Shown here piece by piece: positions 59,264 through 64,000 of a stretch of 64,000 nt of DNA. A model generated the notes under the pieces. The model searched no databases. It was given only the letters and a program-made list of their open reading frames with translations, and was not told where the DNA came from. Origin of the DNA: an uncultured Hormoscilla sp. (GTDB lineage: Bacteria > Cyanobacteriota > Cyanobacteriia > Cyanobacteriales > Desertifilaceae). Numbering within the stretch: the first letter of the stretch is position 1; each line of letters starts with the position of its first letter. The stretch is from positions 2,496,001-2,560,000 of the forward strand of contig OZ001293.3 in assembly GCA_963921275.4 (NCBI GenBank), in the 5' to 3' direction. The translations under genes and the position numbers were made by a program.

Positions 59264-59827
59264 ATGTCGAGAATAGGTAAGCGTCCCATTAGTATTCCCA
59301 AGAAAGTAAGCGTCACCATAGATGGTCAAGCGGTGGCGGTGAAGGGACCTAAAGGCGAACTATCCCGTGTCCTGCCATCGGAAGTGACGGTGGAACAGTC
59401 GGATGGTACGATCGTGGTTAAGCGGAATTCGGAGTCCCGAAAAGCCCGATCACGTCACGGACTGAGTCGCACCCTGGTAGCCAACATGATAGAAGGGGTT
59501 GACCAAGGATTTAAGCGGCGTCTGGAAATTCAGGGTGTGGGTTATCGGGCCCAACTGAACGGCAAAAACCTGACCTTAAACGTGGGTTACAGCAATCCTG
59601 TGGAAATTGAACCCCCCCCCAAGATTGAATTTTCAGTGGAAGACAACGTCGGGAAGGCAGTTAAAACAGGGACATTAGTAGTAGTCAGTGGCATTGACAA
59701 GGAAGTGGTGGGCAACATGGCAGCCAAGATCCGTGCCGTCCGCCCGCCAGAAGTTTACAAAGGCAAAGGCATTCGCTATGTCGGAGAATTCGTCAGACGT
59801 AAGGCTGGTAAGGCAGGGAAGAAATAA
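59264..59827 (+). CDS. rplF: 50S ribosomal protein L6
   Basis: MSRIGK and YKGKGIRY motifs. Confidence 0.98.
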   Translation: MSRIGKRPISIPKKVSVTIDGQAVAVKGPKGELSRVLPSEVTVEQSDGTIVVKRNSESRKARSRHGLSRTLVANMIEGVDQGFKRRLEIQGVGYRAQLNGKNLTLNVGYSNPVEIEPPPKIEFSVEDNVGKAVKTGTLVVVSGIDKEVVGNMAAKIRAVRPPEVYKGKGIRYVGEFVRRKAGKAGKK

Positions 59828-59829
59828 AG

Positions 59830-60195
59830 ATGAAGCTGACAAAAAGAGAATCAAAGCAGCGCAGACATGGTAGAATTCGTCGCCAAGTAGAGGGAACAAC
59901 AGAACGTCCTCGCCTAGCAGTGTTTCGTTCTCATCAACACATTTATGCACAGGTGATAGACGATAGCCAGCAACATACCCTGGCCGCAGCCTCAACCCTA
60001 GAACCGCAAATGAAAACCCAACTGAACTCGAACGGCAAAAGTTGTGCCGCAGCGACAGAAGTAGGCAAGTTGCTTGCCGAACGAGCAAAGGCAAAAGGAG
60101 TGGAAAAGGTGGTATTCGATCGAGGTGGAAACCTATATCACGGTCGGGTGCAAGCCCTAGCAGAAGCAGCTCGCGGGGCCGGGTTGGATTTTTAG
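59830..60195 (+). CDS. rplR: 50S ribosomal protein L18
   Basis: RPRLAVFRS and [12 protein letters not shown] motifs. Confidence 0.98.
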   Translation: MKLTKRESKQRRHGRIRRQVEGTTERPRLAVFRSHQHIYAQVIDDSQQHTLAAASTLEPQMKTQLNSNGKSCAAATEVGKLLAERAKAKGVEKVVFDRGGNLYHGRVQALAEAARGAGLDF

Positions 60196-60259
60196 GAAAA
60201 TGTCATGGGCAACAGAATAGAGAACTTCAAAGCTGGTAAGCTAGACTGGGGACAAGTAT

Positions 60260-60811
60260 ATGGAAAGAAACACCGAAAAAGAAAAGGGCGCTGGCGGTCG
60301 GAAGAAAGGTAACCGCACTCGGGAAAAAGAATCAGAATGGCAAGAACGGGTGGTGCATATCCGCCGAGTAACGAAAGTGGTGAAAGGGGGTAAAAAGCTC
60401 AGCTTCCGGGCGCTCGTGGTTGTGGGCAATGAACGCGGTCAAGTGGGAGTGGGAGTTGGCAAGGCCAGTGATGTGATCGGTGCCGTGAAAAAAGGAGTCG
60501 CCGACGCTAAAAAGCACGTGATTGAGGTGCCCCTGAGCAAGTCCTACTCCATTCCCCATCCCACCAGTGGCCTTGCCACTGGTGCTAAGGTGATGATGCG
60601 ACCAGCAGCACCGGGGACTGGTGTAATTGCTGGTGGCGCTGTGCGCACGGTGTTAGAATTAGCTGGTGTCCGCAATGTGTTAGCAAAGCAACTGGGTTCA
60701 AATAATCCTCTGAACAACGCTAGAGCATCGGTGGAGGCCCTGGCAAGTCTGCGCACTTTTGCTCAAGTTGCCCAAGAACGGGGGATTCCCATTGAAAACC
60801 TCTATGCTTAG
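60260..60811 (+). CDS. rpsE: 30S ribosomal protein S5
   Basis: [10 protein letters not shown] and GTGVIAGG motifs. Confidence 0.98.
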   Translation: MERNTEKEKGAGGRKKGNRTREKESEWQERVVHIRRVTKVVKGGKKLSFRALVVVGNERGQVGVGVGKASDVIGAVKKGVADAKKHVIEVPLSKSYSIPHPTSGLATGAKVMMRPAAPGTGVIAGGAVRTVLELAGVRNVLAKQLGSNNPLNNARASVEALASLRTFAQVAQERGIPIENLYA

Positions 60812-60874
60812 CGACGACCTCGGGACAGGCGTGACAAGTCCTACGCAAATAACAATTAACAACTGACAAATGAC

Positions 60875-61330
60875 ATGAGACTACAAGATGCAGTGCCGAA
60901 AAAAGGCTCTCGCAAACGCCGTCGGCGGATCGGGAGGGGGATTGCTGCCGGTCAAGGAGCAAGCGGCGGATTTGGCATGCGGGGACAAAAATCCCGATCG
61001 GGTCGCGGCACGAGACCGGGTTTTGAGGGGGGACAACTGCCCCTGTATCGTCGCATCCCCAAGTTAAAGCACTTTACGGTAATAAATCGGCAGCAATATA
61101 CTACGATCAATGTAAGCAAACTGGCATCACTACCGGCAAATACGGAAGTGACCCTGGCTTCGTTGATGGAGGCAGGCATTGTCACAGCCGATCGAGGACC
61201 GCTGAAAATCTTGGGAGACGGAGAGTTGCACGTGCCGCTGCAAGTAAAAGCAGCTGGGTTTACAGCTTCGGCTCGCCAAAAAATAGAGTCAGCCGGTGGT
61301 AGTTGCGTCGTCCTAGATTCATCAAATTAA
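60875..61330 (+). CDS. rplO: 50S ribosomal protein L15
   Basis: [12 protein letters not shown] motif. Confidence 0.98.
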   Translation: MRLQDAVPKKGSRKRRRRIGRGIAAGQGASGGFGMRGQKSRSGRGTRPGFEGGQLPLYRRIPKLKHFTVINRQQYTTINVSKLASLPANTEVTLASLMEAGIVTADRGPLKILGDGELHVPLQVKAAGFTASARQKIESAGGSCVVLDSSN

Positions 61331-61403
61331 ACAGCACAGATCGGGTGTTCTCATCATCAGGGAGAGGATCGCGTCAGTGCAAAGTATGACGAACGAGGTA
61401 ATT

Positions 61404-62708
61404 ATGGCGGTTAGTCGAGACAAGACCCCAAGCGCTCAGGAAACATTCATGCAGATGGCGCAAGCAGCAGGTCTCAGAGGGAGGGTGCTGCTCACCATTG
61501 GTATGCTGATTCTGGCAAGACTGGGGATATATATACCAGTACCGGGCATCGACCGGGCGAGATTCGCGGCAAATATCGAAGGAAGCCCGATCGTCGGATT
61601 TTTGGATCTGTTCAGTGGGGGTGGCCTTTCCCAGTTAGGGATATTTGCTCTGGGAATTTTGCCCTTCATTAATGCTTCCATAATTATGCAGCTGTTGACA
61701 GCAGCTATCCCATCCTTGGAGGATTTGCAGAAAAATGAAGGGGAAGCCGGTCGGCGTAAGATTTCTCAGATAACTCGTTACGTAGCTCTGGGATGGGCAG
61801 TGATTCAAAGCGTGGGTATAGCCCTGTGGATAAGTTCCCAACAGGTAGCGTTAGAACCGGGGCCATTGTTTGTGGCCAAAACAGTGCTGGCTCTTACTGC
61901 TGGTTCCCTGTTCGTGATGTGGTTGGGTGAGCTGATCACGGAACAGGGCATAGGGAATGGAGCATCCCTGCTGATTTTTCTGAATATAGTTTCCACCCTG
62001 CCCAGATCCATCGGACAAACGATCGAACTCGCATCTTCAGGCGATCGGAATCTAGTGGGTGGCGTAGTCATCCTGGTCCTAGTATTCCTAGTAATGATTG
62101 TCGGGATTGTGTTCGTGCAAGAGGGAACTCGTCGAATACCGATAATTTCGGCCCGTCGCCAGGTGGGACGCAAGCTTTATCTAGAAAAAAGCAACTACCT
62201 GCCACTGCGACTCAACCAAGGCGGAGTAATGCCGATCATCTTTGCCTCGGCGGTGCTGATTCTGCCAGTAAGTTTGGCGAATTTCACCAGAAGCGAAAGT
62301 TTAGCGCGTGCTGTCCAGTATCTGAGTCCAGGGGGAACGCTGTACGTGCCCTTTTATCTGGCGATGATTGTTTTCTTCAGCTATTTCTATGCTTCCTTGA
62401 TTATCAATCCCGTAGATATGTCTCAGAATTTGAAGAAAATGGGGTCTAGCATCCCCGGAATTCGTCCTGGTCGGGCCACCAGCGAGTACATAGAACGGGT
62501 ATTGAACCGATTGACATTCTTGGGAGCAATCTTTCTCGGTCTAGTGGCGATCGTGCCCACAGCGGTAGAATCAGCCACGCGAGTGCGAACATTTCAGGGC
62601 TTGGGAGCCACCTCCCTGTTGATTCTGGTGGGCGTGGCCATTGATACAGCCAAACAGATTCAAACTTATGTGATATCTCAGCGATATGAAGGAATGGTGA
62701 AGCAGTAG
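61404..62708 (+). CDS. secY: Preprotein translocase subunit SecY
   Basis: GIGNGASL, GVMPIIFA and IPGIRPG motifs. Confidence 0.98.
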   Translation: MAVSRDKTPSAQETFMQMAQAAGLRGRVLLTIGMLILARLGIYIPVPGIDRARFAANIEGSPIVGFLDLFSGGGLSQLGIFALGILPFINASIIMQLLTAAIPSLEDLQKNEGEAGRRKISQITRYVALGWAVIQSVGIALWISSQQVALEPGPLFVAKTVLALTAGSLFVMWLGELITEQGIGNGASLLIFLNIVSTLPRSIGQTIELASSGDRNLVGGVVILVLVFLVMIVGIVFVQEGTRRIPIISARRQVGRKLYLEKSNYLPLRLNQGGVMPIIFASAVLILPVSLANFTRSESLARAVQYLSPGGTLYVPFYLAMIVFFSYFYASLIINPVDMSQNLKKMGSSIPGIRPGRATSEYIERVLNRLTFLGAIFLGLVAIVPTAVESATRVRTFQGLGATSLLILVGVAIDTAKQIQTYVISQRYEGMVKQ

Positions 62709-63262
62709 TGACACGATTAATATTTTTAGGGCCTCCGGGTTCGGGGAAGGGAACCCAGGCAGCTCAACTGGCGAATAATGAGCAAATTCCCCATATTTCC
62801 ACGGGAGAACTGTTACGCAAGGCAGTAGCGGACAAGACTCCTCTGGGGCTTAAGGTCCAGTCCTACATGGATCGAGGGGAGTTGGTGCCAGATAGGGTGG
62901 TGCTGGATTTGATGCGGGAACGCTTGAGTAAACATGATGCGCGATCGGGGTGGATTCTCGATGGCTTTCCCCGTAATGTGGCTCAGGCTGAGTTTTTGGA
63001 TAAGCTGCTGAGGGAAGTAGGCCAATGGACTGATTGGGCGATCGCCATGGAAGTGCCAGATGACGTCATCATTGACAGGCTGTGGGAGCGGGGGCGCAAG
63101 GATGATAGCGAAGAAACAATTGGTCATCGCTTAGAGGTTTATCGAGAAAAGACAGCGCCCTTGATTGACTTCTACCGCGCTCGGGGGCAGTTAAAGTCGG
63201 TCAATGGCAATCAATCAATAACGGATGTGGCGGCTGCTCTCAAACAGGCGATCTGCTCTTAG
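62708..63262 (+). CDS. adk: Adenylate kinase
   Basis: GPPGSGKGT and LDGFPR motifs. Confidence 0.97.
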   Translation: MTRLIFLGPPGSGKGTQAAQLANNEQIPHISTGELLRKAVADKTPLGLKVQSYMDRGELVPDRVVLDLMRERLSKHDARSGWILDGFPRNVAQAEFLDKLLREVGQWTDWAIAMEVPDDVIIDRLWERGRKDDSEETIGHRLEVYREKTAPLIDFYRARGQLKSVNGNQSITDVAAALKQAICS

Positions 63263-63419
63263 CTGAAGGGGACCAGTGCCGTCAAACCCCAAGCACAACG
63301 GACCAACAGGCCATCGTTGGTCTATTTTATATTGTTATATTTGATAAGATATGTAAAAGGTTGAGTCAGCAATATAGGGTGTGGTCTGGTGGCAAGAGCA
63401 GAGTTGAGGAAAAGCAAAA

Positions 63420-63644
63420 TTGGCTAAACAAGATTTAATAGAAATGGAAGGCACGGTAACAGAATCTTTGCCGAATGCCATGTTCCGGGTAGACCTGGAT
63501 AATGGGTTTAACGTGCTAGCCCATATATCCGGCAAAATCCGCCGCAATTATATCAAGATTCTCCCGGGCGATCGGGTCAAAGTGGAACTAACACCCTATG
63601 ACCTGACCAAAGGCAGAATTACCTACCGTCTGCGAAAGAAGTAA
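63420..63644 (+). CDS. infA: Translation initiation factor IF-1
   Basis: LPNAMFRV and PYDLTKGRI motifs. Confidence 0.98.
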   Translation: MAKQDLIEMEGTVTESLPNAMFRVDLDNGFNVLAHISGKIRRNYIKILPGDRVKVELTPYDLTKGRITYRLRKK

Positions 63645-63711
63645 GCCGGTAGTGGAGGGAAAGAAGAAGAGAGTGACGAGAGGGCACCGTAATGTCCTTT
63701 GGGAAAAAGAT

Positions 63712-63741
63712 TTGACAAGTACTGTAAAAACCTGATACCAT
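63712..63741 (+). promoter_or_regulatory. Putative promoter for rpmJ-rpsM
   Basis: TTGACA-18 bp-TACCAT with TG extension. Confidence 0.55.
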
Positions 63742-63769
63742 GTTATATTTGTAGAGTTCAAGAGCAGGC

Positions 63770-63883
63770 ATGAAAGTAAGATCGTCGGTAAAAAAAATAT
63801 GTGAGAAATGTCGCATTATCCGTCGTCACGGTCGGGTAATGGTGATCTGTTCTAATCCCAAGCACAAGCAGCGCCAAGGTTAG
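63770..63883 (+). CDS. rpmJ: 50S ribosomal protein L36
   Basis: [25 protein letters not shown]. Confidence 0.97.
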   Translation: MKVRSSVKKICEKCRIIRRHGRVMVICSNPKHKQRQG

Positions 63884-63969
63884 CAATGCGTATCGCAGAG
63901 GTCGTCAGAGTCAGACAGGCGATAGAAACAGGGAAAGTAGTAGAAAAACAACAGTAGGGAGAAAAAGAA

Positions 63970-64000
63970 GTGGCACGGATAGCAGGTGTAGACCTACCCC
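63970..64000 (+). CDS. rpsM: 30S ribosomal protein S13 (5' end only)
   Basis: GTG start, ARIAGVDLP. Confidence 0.9.
   Translation, partial: MARIAGVDLP

Overview
Chromosomal window of a filamentous-type cyanobacterium (abundant HIP1 GCGATCGC, heptameric STRR-like repeats, cyanobacteria-specific genes). Bases 1-51,000 carry housekeeping genes (lpxD, dprA-like, lpxB-like, gdhA, cyanoexosortase, aroQ, cinA, wecA/tagO-like, glyA, Tic20, FAH family, rpsF, degP-like, mnmA). They are interleaved with many pseudogenes, decayed IS elements (IS50-like, ISL3, IS630, IS5, IS982, IS701-like, IS1634, ISAzo13, IS1), MITEs and six group II intron copies. Bases 51,700-64,000 are the S10-spc-alpha ribosomal cluster (rplC to rpsM). 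The most notable signal is a layered set of mobile RNA and DNA. Three sibling ORF-less group II introns each carry a different EBS1/EBS2 that pairs with its own flanking exon. One of them has homed into a ~40-bp hairpin repeat, and that repeat nests in its own loop and has inserted in-frame into a gene at a HIP1 site. The only full RT/maturase gene in the window is interrupted by a stop codon brought in by a ~24-nt mini-repeat. Also notable are a decayed Lgt-like/radical SAM/lipobox-like membrane peptide locus, a disarmed RNase-barstar pair, and ribosomal proteins with tandem-repeat tails. All calls are from reading the sequence; no searches or folding were run.
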